Virus record (IMG/VR): IMGVR_UViG_3300033074_000614
Span: 9,679-73,678 of that record
DNA from: a virus
Taxonomy: Duplodnaviria; Caudoviricetes
Strand: one strand, 5' to 3'
DNA: 64,000 nt
Made by a program: the position numbers and the translations under genes. This document shows positions 28,393-38,586 of this stretch, one piece after another. Positions within the stretch are counted from its first letter, which is position 1; each line of letters begins with the position of its first letter. Under the pieces are notes generated by a model. The model worked only from the letters and a program-made list of their open reading frames with translations, had not been told where the DNA came from and made no database searches.

Positions 28393-28560
28393 ATGCTCAA
28401 GCTCGTCTGCCGGTTGTGGGGATGCAAGCGATACGACCTCTCATGGACCGTCATCGGCCCCCTGCTCGAATCAGGACTCTGGAAACTTAGCGGCAAAGGA
28501 TTCCACCGTTGCACCCGCTGCGGCGAGTCCCGCGAAGTGGTCGTCGTGTCGAACGAGTAA
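28393..28560 (+). CDS. Small CxxC protein nested in another frame inside 28232..28732
   Basis: AGGA SD; MLKLVCRLWGC...CTRCG. Confidence 0.5.
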   Translation: MLKLVCRLWGCKRYDLSWTVIGPLLESGLWKLSGKGFHRCTRCGESREVVVVSNE

Positions 28561-28931
28561 CCCGCGATGGAGAGGCCACTACCTAACCAGACTTGCGACG
28601 GGCGATAAGACGGTTCAGTCGCTTAACTTCTATTGGACGGGCGGCGGGTGGGAATGTGGCGAAGAAAAAATTACTCCAAGCGAATGGGGCAATTACGAAT
28701 ATTTTGATCACCACCTAATCGGAGACAAGTAATGGCGAAGAAGCAGAAGATCAGGGCGGTCAAGGCGTGGGCGCTTCCGTTGATGGACAAAATAGAAATA
28801 GGCGCGATATGGCCTAGCAAGAGCAGTGCTTGGGAGTACGAAAGAACTGGCGACCCAAGAGTGTACAGCAAGCGGGAACTGTTCAAACTTTTGGTCCCTG
28901 TCACAATCACCCCTCGCAAGAAAGGCGGAAG

Positions 28932-29372
28932 ATGAGATACAAAAGAAAAGCCAATGTGGTCGAAGCGGTTCTTTGGGACGGAAACCGGCTCGCCGAAGTT
29001 CCGCAATGGATCAGCGATGCACTGAATCTTGGTCAGCAAAAGGTTGGCGGTCTATTCAGATGGGCCGACAGTATTCAGATTTTCACGCTTGAGGGTGTGA
29101 TGATCGCCAGCCCCGGCGACTACATCGTTCGTGGCATCGAAGGCGAACTCTACCCGTGCAAGCCAAGCATCTTCCTGAAGAATCACGAGCCGGAACTTGC
29201 CCAACCTCAGCCCGCGCCGGTGGACGCGATGAGGGAGGCGTTGGAGGCACTTGTTGAAACTGGGGAGAAATTGAATCTCAACATTACCGAGGATGGTCAG
29301 GCCGGGCTTGACTTCTTGCGAGCAAAGTTTCAGGCCCGCACCGCGCTCGCAGCCGCGAAGGAGAAAGCATGA
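28932..29372 (+). CDS. Conserved phage protein (PGDYI...YPCKP motif)
   Basis: MRYKRK..VVEAVLWDG ... TLEGVM.ASPGDYIVRGIEGELYPCKP. Confidence 0.75.
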   Translation: MRYKRKANVVEAVLWDGNRLAEVPQWISDALNLGQQKVGGLFRWADSIQIFTLEGVMIASPGDYIVRGIEGELYPCKPSIFLKNHEPELAQPQPAPVDAMREALEALVETGEKLNLNITEDGQAGLDFLRAKFQARTALAAAKEKA

Positions 29373-32300
29373 GTTATTATTATTGCCCAACGTGTGAAAA
29401 AGAAGGACAGATGTATTCTGGTGGAATGGCCCCGCCCGGATGGGGTGATCGAAGCGGAGAGATGAGCTATGAGTGCAAAACGTGCAAACAGTGGGCAACC
29501 GGGCCGGGAACCAGTCCGGGTCTGATTTGCTCATACGGTCCATCGCCGTTCGATCTGTTCGTCGATGGAAACATGTGGTGTGCGACTAGACCAGACTTTA
29601 TCAATTTGCAAGAAAGCACGGCAGGGTTTGGACCCACCAGACCGGAAGCCATAAAAGACTGCATTAAGAACGAAATCGCAACCGCGAAGGAGGGGAAGAA
29701 TGGCTGAGCTAAAGATAATCCCGTATGCGTTGTGGAACGTGCAGCAGGGCTACAAACTTACAGACTTTGACCGCCGAGAGCTAACAAAGGCTTTCGACAA
29801 CCAACAAGCCGAACTCTCCCAACTCCGCAGCGAGCTGGCCGAGGCACAAAAACAAAGAGACCTTTGGCGGTCGGTCTGCGAGAACGATACCGAAAACGAG
29901 GATGTGTGTCTCAAATTGCTTGAGCGGTTCGATGAGAAGAACCCCGAATATCCGACCGGACTTGTCGAACGAGTCGAACTCGCAATGAAGAAACTCACCG
30001 CCTCCGAATCCGCGCGACGGGTGCTGGTGGAGGAGTTCCGCTTGCTACTCGATGCGGTCCCGCGAGATGAAACCGACGAACGGGACGCTGCGAGAAATCG
30101 GGCAGTTCTCTTTCTCGCGCAGTACATCGAGCCGTTTCCAAAACCTTGTCCGCAAGCCGCCGTTGACAGCCTCAAACTGTTGGAGGGAGAGGGATGAAAT
30201 TCTTGCGATGGTTGCGAAGCGTGTTCTGTTGCCCCGGTTGCCCGAAGTGCAAGGCGTGTACTAAGTGCCACCACGAATGGGGAATGTGGGAGCGTTGGGG
30301 AATCACATATCAAAGTCGTCTGTGCAAATTGTGCGGACTTGAAGAAAGGCGGGACCCCTGATATGCAAGATAAAATTGCACACGGAATCAAGGAAATCAT
30401 GGAAGCGGTCGCACTGGTGATTGTCATTCTCGGATTGGTGTTGGCGGTGACTCAGTGCTCACGGTGCGAACGCGAGCAAAGAGTGTTCGAGCGAGACTGG
30501 CAGGAACATGAGAAAGCGAAAGGGACCCAATGACACAGCCGAGTGAGGTGGAAATGTCGTCCAAAGCAAGGTTGATTGAAGGTGTGGGCAGAGTCTTGGA
30601 CCGACTCTATCGCGGGATGTTTATGGGCGCGGGGCTTGTGTGGATAGGGAAAATCCTGTCAGACGACGAGCCTGATACGTGGTTAAGGTTTGTGAAAACC
30701 GTGATGGCGGGATTCCTGATTATTCACGCGGTCTATCCAGAAAGGGGGGCAAGGTGAACACGCCAACCGAATTGGAAATGGCAAAGGCGCGAGAGCTTGT
30801 GAGACAGCTTTACGGCAAATGCGTTGACCCAGAAAAGTTTGCAGACTCCATCGCCCGCGCCCTGCACGATGCCGCGAAGGTGAAGGACGATGAAATCCAG
30901 AAGCTAAAGTCGAGGTGTGCGGATTTGGCGAAGCATACCGATTGTGTCGAAGTTGCCCAAATATGCCTATGCCACCAATGCTCTTCGAGATTTGAGAATG
31001 AGTACAACGAGGCGATAGAAGAATACGAGAAGGGCGAAGCCGCCCAACGCGCAAAGGAGCAACATGAGCAGGATTGAGGAACTGAAAGCGTTGGCGAGGG
31101 TGTGCCATCGAACCGGCACCAGAGGTACGCGAGAAGCGTTTGCTATGGCGGCAATCGAAGCTATCCCCGCACTTCTTGAAATCGCGGAACGGGCGAAGGA
31201 ATACGTAGCCGACAGCAACGCGCGTCGAGACAATTATCGGCGACTGGCCTATTGCACAGAACTTGCCGCCGCACTTGCGAAGTTGGAGGCCACCGATGCT
31301 AAGTGAAACGGAAACACAAAAGGCTGAGCCGCTGACAGCATCCCCGCGCGGCAAGCTCCCCAAATATCGGGACCGCAAACTTCTTTCTGGAAACGAGATG
31401 TATGCCGCGATGTGTGCCACCGGCAAGCACATAACCAAACTCAAGAGGCTCTACGATCGGCTCGAAACGGCGCAGCGTCGCAGGGAGTCGCGTGCCGAAT
31501 CAATGCTCGATGCGTGGAACACCGACCAAGAATTAGCGATGTTGACCGCACAGATCGACATGGATATGACGGACTGGATGAAGCGGACAAAGCCGGTGCT
31601 TGAGGCGGCAGAGGGTGCAAGGGCGTACGCGCCGATTGTGAAGGCTGGTAAGATGCACATGGCTGCGAACATGGAGCGAGCGGAAGAAACGGAGGCGGCG
31701 TGAGTCACAGCAATAGACTGGATAATGGCGTTATCGTGATTTCCAACAGCGACGAGAGCGGTGAGGTGGAGTTCGTGTTCAACGATGGGCGGCGAGTGAC
31801 ATACCGATGGGCAGCGTTGCGATACGGACTCCGAGCATTTAGTGATCCGATACCCGCCAAGCCCTGCGACCAAGACCACCACGATCCAAAGACCCCCGCG
31901 AGCTTTGGCCGGTGCGTGAAGTGCGGCGCGACAGTTAGGAGCGAAGAATGAGCGAGTTTGCAAAGTTCTACCAGAGCGTGATCGGGGCGAGGCCGGAGGC
32001 GAAGGTGCCGGGCATGATCGTCAAAGGCGACCACCTTGTAGGAGAGGATGATGGCGCAAGTGTTGGAGTGTTTGGCGACTACGGGTATGGTGCGTCGTTC
32101 ACCGAAGAAGTAGCCCGCGCGATCTGCTTGCGGCATTGGCTCACGTTGCTGCCAAAATACCACGGCGTGCATCGCGTCGAGAACATCGGCACGACTTACG
32201 AAGTGTGGACGAGATACGGTGAGGCGGATTGGGGAACGCACCCCACCCCCGAAGAGGCTGTTGGAGAATACCTGAAAGCGAACCCCGCGAACCGTGGGGG

Positions 32301-32544
32301 ATAGGCAAACATGGCAATCAAAATGACAGACCACGCAGTCATGCGATTCGTCGAGCGAGTTCTCGGCATCAGCGACAACGAACTACTCGCAATGATGGTG
32401 CCGGAACACACCCGCATGGCGATCAGGGAGTACGGCGACGGCGAGTACGCGATCAGCGAAACGCACAAGGTGGTCGTGCGAAAGAACGTGGTAATCACCG
32501 TGGCACCACGCGGCGAGAAACTTTGACGACTAAAACACGGAAGT

Positions 32545-32573
32545 TTGACACGTAGAAGATTTCCATGTATACT
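32545..32573 (+). promoter_or_regulatory. Consensus sigma70 promoter heading the operon that leads into terS
   Basis: TTGACA-N17-TATACT. Confidence 0.85.
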
Positions 32574-32591
32574 CCCGCCAACGGAGTACGC

Positions 32592-33029
32592 ATGGAAAGC
32601 GGTCAGGTCTCGAACCCGATACACCGGCTCAGTCTCAGCCAGCGCGCCAAGGTCGCAAGCGCACTATTCCGCATACAAATCCCATTCAACGTCCGCGAGC
32701 GTGAAGGCGATCTGAAGGTCATTGCCCAGCGCGATCTATCAATCTGGCTCATCTACCAGCCAATGGCCTCAATGGGATGCCCAACCTTCGGGCAGGTCGA
32801 AAGACTCACCGGCATCGTCCGACACGGGATATTCGCCGTAATCAAGCGAGTCAAGGTCTGGACAGGCGAAGGCAACGCCGAACGCTCAATCTGTGAACGG
32901 TTAATCATCGGCAACCGAAGCCCATTGAGCGACCACGAAATCGCCAAGCTATACGCTGAAATACGCAAAAACCCGTGGCGTAGGGGTGGGCGCAACGAGA
33001 ACGGAAGGCAGGTCCAGATTGACCAGTGA
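32592..33029 (+). CDS. Putative HTH regulator (DnaA domain IV-like pattern)
   Basis: GGAG SD before ATG 32592; R...IWL....PTFGQV.R.TG..H....IKRV pattern. Confidence 0.45.
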   Translation: MESGQVSNPIHRLSLSQRAKVASALFRIQIPFNVREREGDLKVIAQRDLSIWLIYQPMASMGCPTFGQVERLTGIVRHGIFAVIKRVKVWTGEGNAERSICERLIIGNRSPLSDHEIAKLYAEIRKNPWRRGGRNENGRQVQIDQ

Positions 33030-33136
33030 CAACCAAAGCCGTTCACCGATCGCTTGCGAAGTTGACACGGCGCGCAATAAGATCAATTCCTCGTGCGCAG
33101 CGCAGACTCAAATACAAAGTCCTGCGGCGCAGATGA
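33026..33136 (+). CDS. 36-aa arginine-rich peptide (not in the ORF track)
   Basis: GTGA and ATGA overlaps at both ends; 10 Arg, 4 Lys, no acidic residue. Confidence 0.55.
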   Translation: MTTKAVHRSLAKLTRRAIRSIPRAQRRLKYKVLRRR

Positions 33137-33608
33137 CCGCAACCGAGCAGGTTCTTTCAAGGGCGGGAAAACTTGACGGAATCCCGCACAAAACGGTCAT
33201 TTCATCGAACTGGAACTGCTCTCCAGGCGACATAATCGCAGACCTTCAGCGAGCAGCCACCGAAGCCTGCAAAGTGCGAATTATCCCGTCAATAGAGCAG
33301 CAATTTGAAAACGCACGCTCGTGGACGTGGTTCCCAAGGACGCGGTTATTTAGTCACTCAGTCGTCTCCCCCTTCCTAGACCCCGCGCGGAACGGCGGTG
33401 TGCAATGAACTATGACCCGCGCCGTGGACTCTATCTGCCCGACTCAATCCCGCCTAAGGCGCAGGGGTTCCCGCCACACCTCGACATTCCCGATGACGTG
33501 AAAGGGAAGGCAGTCACGCCTCCCGCAAGCGGTCATCAGAACCACGAACTCCACACCGGCAGCGGGTACACCGTCATTCGTCCGCAAGCTGGCAAGGTGC
33601 AACCATGA
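33133..33608 (+). other. Two small coupled hypothetical genes (33133..33408, 33405..33608)
   Basis: ATGA overlaps continue the chain. Confidence 0.55.
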
Positions 33609-35452
33609 GCGACCGTTACTTTGACGCACTCAACGGCGACGACGCGAACAGTGGGCTTACATCGTCCAGCGCGTGGAAGACCTTTGGCGGAGCTGGACCC
33701 GCCGCGTTCATCGCGGCAATGTCCGGTGCCGATCGACTCATCCTCGACACAACCACGATCTTCCGACCGACCATTGCAACGCTTGCAACGTGGGTGGGTA
33801 TCACCGCTTCAGGCGGCGCGACAATCGTGCCAAACTCAACAAGCGAACGGTTCAAGATTCAGGGTTGCGCCCAGGTCCCAACCGGATGGTCCGATCAGGG
33901 CGGGGGCCGCTATCGCAAGTTTATCGGCACTGGCCTCTCAATCGGCTCAATCCTGTTTGGCGTCAACGAAACGTACTTCATGGGCGGACTTACCGGAAAC
34001 ACCCCGCTTCGGCAGGGCTTGCTTGTGGCGGGCACCTACGGCTCTTGTGCGGACAATGAAGGCGCGTATGACAGCGCGAGCGGAACACTCGAAGTCAACG
34101 TCGGCGAAGACCCACTTGACGGCGTGTACGTGACCAAAGACGCCGGACAGGCGTTGATCATCGTCGGCGGCGGCAGCCCGTCTCTGATCGAGGGGTTTGA
34201 CCTCGCGGTTGCTGGCAAGCTGAACGCGGCGAAGACGACGTATTGCATCCAAGGGCAGGGTTGCTCAGGCTCGATATTCCAAGACGGCATCGCCCAAATG
34301 GGCACCAACCACTGCGCGGGATTCACCTCTGGACTCTGCACCGACAACCTGTTCAAGAACGTGGTAGTTGCGGGCGGCGACAATCTCGCCACCCTGTTCA
34401 TCAACCACAGTGCAAGCGCGGGCAATACCAGCGGGAAGCTCAACGGCTGCACCGCTCACGTTATGGGACACTACGGGCACCACGGACAGCCGAACGTTGC
34501 TAACTCAGCGGTGGCCGGTTACTACGCCCATTGCGACAGCAGCGTAATCACCGACCTCGAATATCGGGCGTGCAACGCAATTGGCTACGGACCATCGAAC
34601 GAGGCGCGTGGGTTCGTTGCGCTGGGCGCAACTTCGGAGCTTGCGGCTTACGCGGGCACGCGATACAGCACGGCTGGCCGCGCACTTCGGTACATCGAAT
34701 GTGAGGGGTGGGGCCTGTCCTACCAGTCGATCAACGGCGCGCCTCTATTCCAGCGTTGCCGCATGAGATTCAGTCAGGCCGGACCATCGGGCGCGGCGGT
34801 CACTTACGGCACGCTTAGGCTCAACGGTTCGGCCGGCAGCGGATGCCCCGCACTTCCCCTGTTTGACTCGTGTGAGATTACGGCCAACCTCGACAACGCT
34901 TCCTCGACCATCGCACTGTTTCAGGCCCGCAACGTTGTGGCGATTCAGGCGGGCGAGGGGCCAACGCTGCTCAACTGCTCGGTGTTTGAGACTTCGACGG
35001 GATCGAACACGCCCAAGCTCATCGACACGCAGGGTAACGCGAACTTCACGGCGGCGGCTCAGGGTTGCGTATTTGGCGCAAGCCAATCGGGTCGATCGGT
35101 CAAGCTGCTCGGCAACGACAGCGGACGACTGGCGAGCCTCTACCCGTTCGTGGGCAACCGATACAGCGGCATCGGCGCGGCGATTTACAGCGACGATGCA
35201 AGCCGCAATACGTTCGCGGAGTTCCAGTCAACGGTCGATACCACCGGCGCGGAAATCAGCAACACCAACCTGCGACTGACCGAACCCAACGCGGACATGA
35301 AGCCAAAGTCAGGGTCGCACCTGTTCCGCGCCAACCGCACCGCTCAGCACACATCCAAGGGCATCAATCGTCAGCCGTACGTCGGGTCTACCGGCGCGTG
35401 GCAACGCCCATCAACCGCAGCCCGTTACAAGGTTCTCATCGAAGAGGAATAA
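33605..35452 (+). CDS. Right-handed beta-helix (pectate-lyase-like) depolymerase/spike candidate
   Basis: YFDALNGDDANSGLTSSSAWKT N-terminal motif; Gly/Asn/Ser beta rungs; C-terminal IGA-like STGAWQ. Confidence 0.7.
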   Translation: MSDRYFDALNGDDANSGLTSSSAWKTFGGAGPAAFIAAMSGADRLILDTTTIFRPTIATLATWVGITASGGATIVPNSTSERFKIQGCAQVPTGWSDQGGGRYRKFIGTGLSIGSILFGVNETYFMGGLTGNTPLRQGLLVAGTYGSCADNEGAYDSASGTLEVNVGEDPLDGVYVTKDAGQALIIVGGGSPSLIEGFDLAVAGKLNAAKTTYCIQGQGCSGSIFQDGIAQMGTNHCAGFTSGLCTDNLFKNVVVAGGDNLATLFINHSASAGNTSGKLNGCTAHVMGHYGHHGQPNVANSAVAGYYAHCDSSVITDLEYRACNAIGYGPSNEARGFVALGATSELAAYAGTRYSTAGRALRYIECEGWGLSYQSINGAPLFQRCRMRFSQAGPSGAAVTYGTLRLNGSAGSGCPALPLFDSCEITANLDNASSTIALFQARNVVAIQAGEGPTLLNCSVFETSTGSNTPKLIDTQGNANFTAAAQGCVFGASQSGRSVKLLGNDSGRLASLYPFVGNRYSGIGAAIYSDDASRNTFAEFQSTVDTTGAEISNTNLRLTEPNADMKPKSGSHLFRANRTAQHTSKGINRQPYVGSTGAWQRPSTAARYKVLIEEE

Positions 35453-35454
35453 TC

Positions 35455-36105
35455 ATGGCACGCTCAGCACACCAACGCCGTTACCTTCAGACCAACAGCC
35501 CGCAGACAGGCTTCGAGATTACGGCGGGGCGCAAGGCCCTCAACGTCGGCTTTGAGATTACGGCTACCGGCATCCTGCAACTCAAGGGCGGAACATGGAG
35601 CGAACATCACGAGATGATCCCGCTCGATTCGTACCGTGGCATTGAGTTTGAACCCTTCGGCACTGGTGCTGATAACTCGACGTTCAACTATCGCATGTGG
35701 CTGGTCGTTGGTCACTTTGCCAGTGGCACCGCTCAGGAGTTCCCAAAGCTCAGCCAATTGCTCGATATTGAACTGCTTTGTTTTGTCGCAGACACCTCGA
35801 CGGTAACGCTCTCCGCCGCGTTCGGCGTGGGTGCTGCCGGTTCTACCGACTCGCAGATCCTGACCACAGAACGCATCGGCGATGGCCTGACCTGCACGCT
35901 GGCGACGGACGCAACATCGCCCAAGGGACCGGCGACGGCCTTCCAGAACGCATACACGCTCGGCGATGTTACCGCGTACAGCCCGGCAGACGACACGCCT
36001 AGCCGGTTGATTGTCCCTGACTTCGGGTGCGCTCTCGGCGTGATTCCCGAAATGGACCTGACCGGCGCGACCGGCGCGAACTGGATGTTCAAGCTCAACA
36101 AGTAA
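35455..36105 (+). CDS. Hypothetical virion-like beta protein
   Basis: GAGG SD before ATG 35455, within ORF 35065..36105. Confidence 0.6.
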   Translation: MARSAHQRRYLQTNSPQTGFEITAGRKALNVGFEITATGILQLKGGTWSEHHEMIPLDSYRGIEFEPFGTGADNSTFNYRMWLVVGHFASGTAQEFPKLSQLLDIELLCFVADTSTVTLSAAFGVGAAGSTDSQILTTERIGDGLTCTLATDATSPKGPATAFQNAYTLGDVTAYSPADDTPSRLIVPDFGCALGVIPEMDLTGATGANWMFKLNK

Positions 36106-36113
36106 GGGGAGCG

Positions 36114-36616
36114 ATGGAAGTAGACTCGACCAAACTGCCGACGCCAGAATCAGACCACCCAACTCTGTACGAGAAGTACGAGGTTCGCAATTCAGACGAA
36201 CAGGTCTTGTTCGGCCCCGGTCCATTGTGGGCCGCGTTTATCTATCTCAAATTGGAAACATCGCAGACCCGTCGCAGACTGGTGAGTGTCAAATGAACGC
36301 CGCCGAAATATCCATCCAGCTCACGATCATCGAAGAGAACGCACGCGCGGCACGCTTGGCGATTGCGCAGGCGATGGTGCTACGTCCGCACATCAAGGGC
36401 GACGGCAATACAAAGCCAATCCTCGACGCGAATGGACAGGTGGCGAACACTGAGCAGCTTCAAATCGAAGCCGCTTACAAGCACCACAATACAGCGTCAA
36501 TGGGGCACACCAACTCACTCATCAACCAAGCCGCGCACCTCCAACAGACCATCGAGGCGTCGAACAAGCCCGCAGAACCTGAGACGAAGCTCAAGTTGGC
36601 TGGAGAGGCGGGGTGA
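36114..36616 (+). other. Two small hypothetical genes (36114..36296, 36293..36616)
   Basis: SD and ATGA overlap; directly precede terS. Confidence 0.55.
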
Positions 36617-37105
36617 TTGACAGGAAGGCCCTCAAACTTCGATCCCGCGAAATGTGCGAAGATCATCGAGTACGTCCTCGCCGGTAATCCACTCAAGGTA
36701 GCGGCTCAAGCTGTCGGCGTTCCTAAAGCAACGATGAACTTCTGGCGGAAGTTGGGCCGCGATTATTTGGACGCGGTAGACACAGGAAAGACACCCAACC
36801 CCGCGCATGAGCAACACGCAGAGTTCTACCTTGCCGTCGATCAAGCCAAGGGTGAACAGGTCGTCAATCTCAACGCCAAACTGAACGACAATGAAACGCG
36901 GAACATCAACGCCCATATGTGGAGAATGCAGGTATTGCGGCCAGACATTTACGGCGACAAGACTGGGCGGAATCCGCTGAACGATCGCATTGCCGAAGCT
37001 AATCGGATGCGCGAAGCACGCGAGGCGGCGACGTACAACCCACAACTAGGCAGCGACCTTGACGCGATGGCTGAACGCATGAGCGGAAGTTTGGGTGAAC
37101 CTTGA
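36617..37105 (+). CDS. terS: Terminase small subunit (module B)
   Basis: GRPS.F...IIE...G..LKVAAQAVGV...W HTH; overlaps the terL start. Confidence 0.75.
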   Translation: MTGRPSNFDPAKCAKIIEYVLAGNPLKVAAQAVGVPKATMNFWRKLGRDYLDAVDTGKTPNPAHEQHAEFYLAVDQAKGEQVVNLNAKLNDNETRNINAHMWRMQVLRPDIYGDKTGRNPLNDRIAEANRMREAREAATYNPQLGSDLDAMAERMSGSLGEP

Positions 37106-38577
37106 CAACCACCCTTCCCAGACTATCTCGCTCCCAAATGCTCAAGATAGTTTCCGCGCGGATGCCCCACACCCTTGCCGAACATTCGACGCAGGGCGAG
37201 TGGAAGCCATACGACTATCTCCGCATGATGGGCAGGCTCATCGCTCAGACTGTCCGCAACGGCGGCGGTAATCTGATCTTCAACGCCCCGCCCGGACACG
37301 GTAAGTCGTTCTTCCTTGCTCGTCAGGTTCCGACTTGGTACCTCGAAAACTTCCCGCAGAATCGAGTCATCAACGCCGCACACGGCCACAGCCTCGCGTG
37401 CGATCATGGCCGGTATGTCCGCAACACCTTCGCGGGCAATGAGTACTTCACCACCAAGCTCAGGCAGGATTCCAAGGCGGCAGACCGTTGGCACACCGAG
37501 GAAGGCGGTGGGATGCAGTGCGCGGGCATCGGCTCGAACATCATGGGATGGCGCGGGCACTTGCTATTGCTCGACGATCCCTATGGCAGTTGGGCGGACG
37601 CTCATTCAACGACTCAGCGGCGAACCGTTCTCGACTGGTTTATCAACACGTTTCTATCACGCCGCGAACCGGGGGCGACCACCGTTGTACTCATGCAGCG
37701 GATGCACGTTGAAGACCTGACGGGCGTGCTGATGAAAGAGCAGCCCGACCAGTGGAAACAGCTTTCGTTCCCGGCGATTGCCGAACAGGACGACCCGCTT
37801 GGACGACAGGAAGGCGAGCCACTTTGCCCAGACCGCTTCGACGTTCCCGCGCTGCAGGCGATTCGTCGCAGTCAGATCGGCGGGGATTTCGGCTGGCTTG
37901 CGATGTACCAGCAGCGCCCGCAGAGTATCGGCACCGGCATCGCCTACCGCAGATTCTCTCCCCTTCACGTTGAAGACGACGTTGTGTTTGACCCGCGCAG
38001 GCCGCTACAGATTTCATTCGACTTCAATATCAAGCCCGGCATGTACGCAATGTGCGGGCAATACAACCCGCTCACAGATCAATTTACGGTGGTGAAGGAA
38101 ATCCACGGCGAGGGAATGGACCTCATCGCGTGTATGAACGCATTGACACCGATTATCACGCTTCACCCTTGGCCGGAAATACATATCTTCGGCGACCCAA
38201 CAGGCGGAACCGTTCGCAACACTCAGAACAGCCATTACAACTTCGACCTAGTTCTCAATCACTTCAAGCGGATTCCCGACCTTCGTGTAGTTCCGACACT
38301 AAAGACAACCAAAGCCCCGCCCCGCGTGCTTGATCGCGTGGCAACCGTAAACGACGCGCTCGCAGACCTTGGCGGCGTGCACCATGTTCGCATTCACTCA
38401 AAGTGCGAAATACTCACCAAAGACCTTTCAGAACTCAGGCTTGACGACGACGGGCAACCGGACAAGGCGGACAAGACCATGACCCACGCATCGGATGCAA
38501 TGGGTTACTGGGTTCACTACCAACGCCCAATCGGTGGGCCAGTCATTCAAACACGCTCGGCGTTCGTCATCGGATAA
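37102..38577 (+). CDS. terL: Terminase large subunit (B)
   Basis: PPGHGKS, LLLLDDP, SFDFN, HASDAMGY. Confidence 0.95.
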   Translation: MTTTLPRLSRSQMLKIVSARMPHTLAEHSTQGEWKPYDYLRMMGRLIAQTVRNGGGNLIFNAPPGHGKSFFLARQVPTWYLENFPQNRVINAAHGHSLACDHGRYVRNTFAGNEYFTTKLRQDSKAADRWHTEEGGGMQCAGIGSNIMGWRGHLLLLDDPYGSWADAHSTTQRRTVLDWFINTFLSRREPGATTVVLMQRMHVEDLTGVLMKEQPDQWKQLSFPAIAEQDDPLGRQEGEPLCPDRFDVPALQAIRRSQIGGDFGWLAMYQQRPQSIGTGIAYRRFSPLHVEDDVVFDPRRPLQISFDFNIKPGMYAMCGQYNPLTDQFTVVKEIHGEGMDLIACMNALTPIITLHPWPEIHIFGDPTGGTVRNTQNSHYNFDLVLNHFKRIPDLRVVPTLKTTKAPPRVLDRVATVNDALADLGGVHHVRIHSKCEILTKDLSELRLDDDGQPDKADKTMTHASDAMGYWVHYQRPIGGPVIQTRSAFVIG

Positions 38578-38586
38578 GGAACACCA

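Larger units (their letters stand above)
27081..32526 (+). other. Array of ~18 small translationally coupled early/middle hypothetical genes
   Basis: Purine-rich SDs and ATGA/GTGA overlaps; includes sub-60-aa Cys-rich ORF 30194..30361, which is not in the ORF track. Confidence 0.7.
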
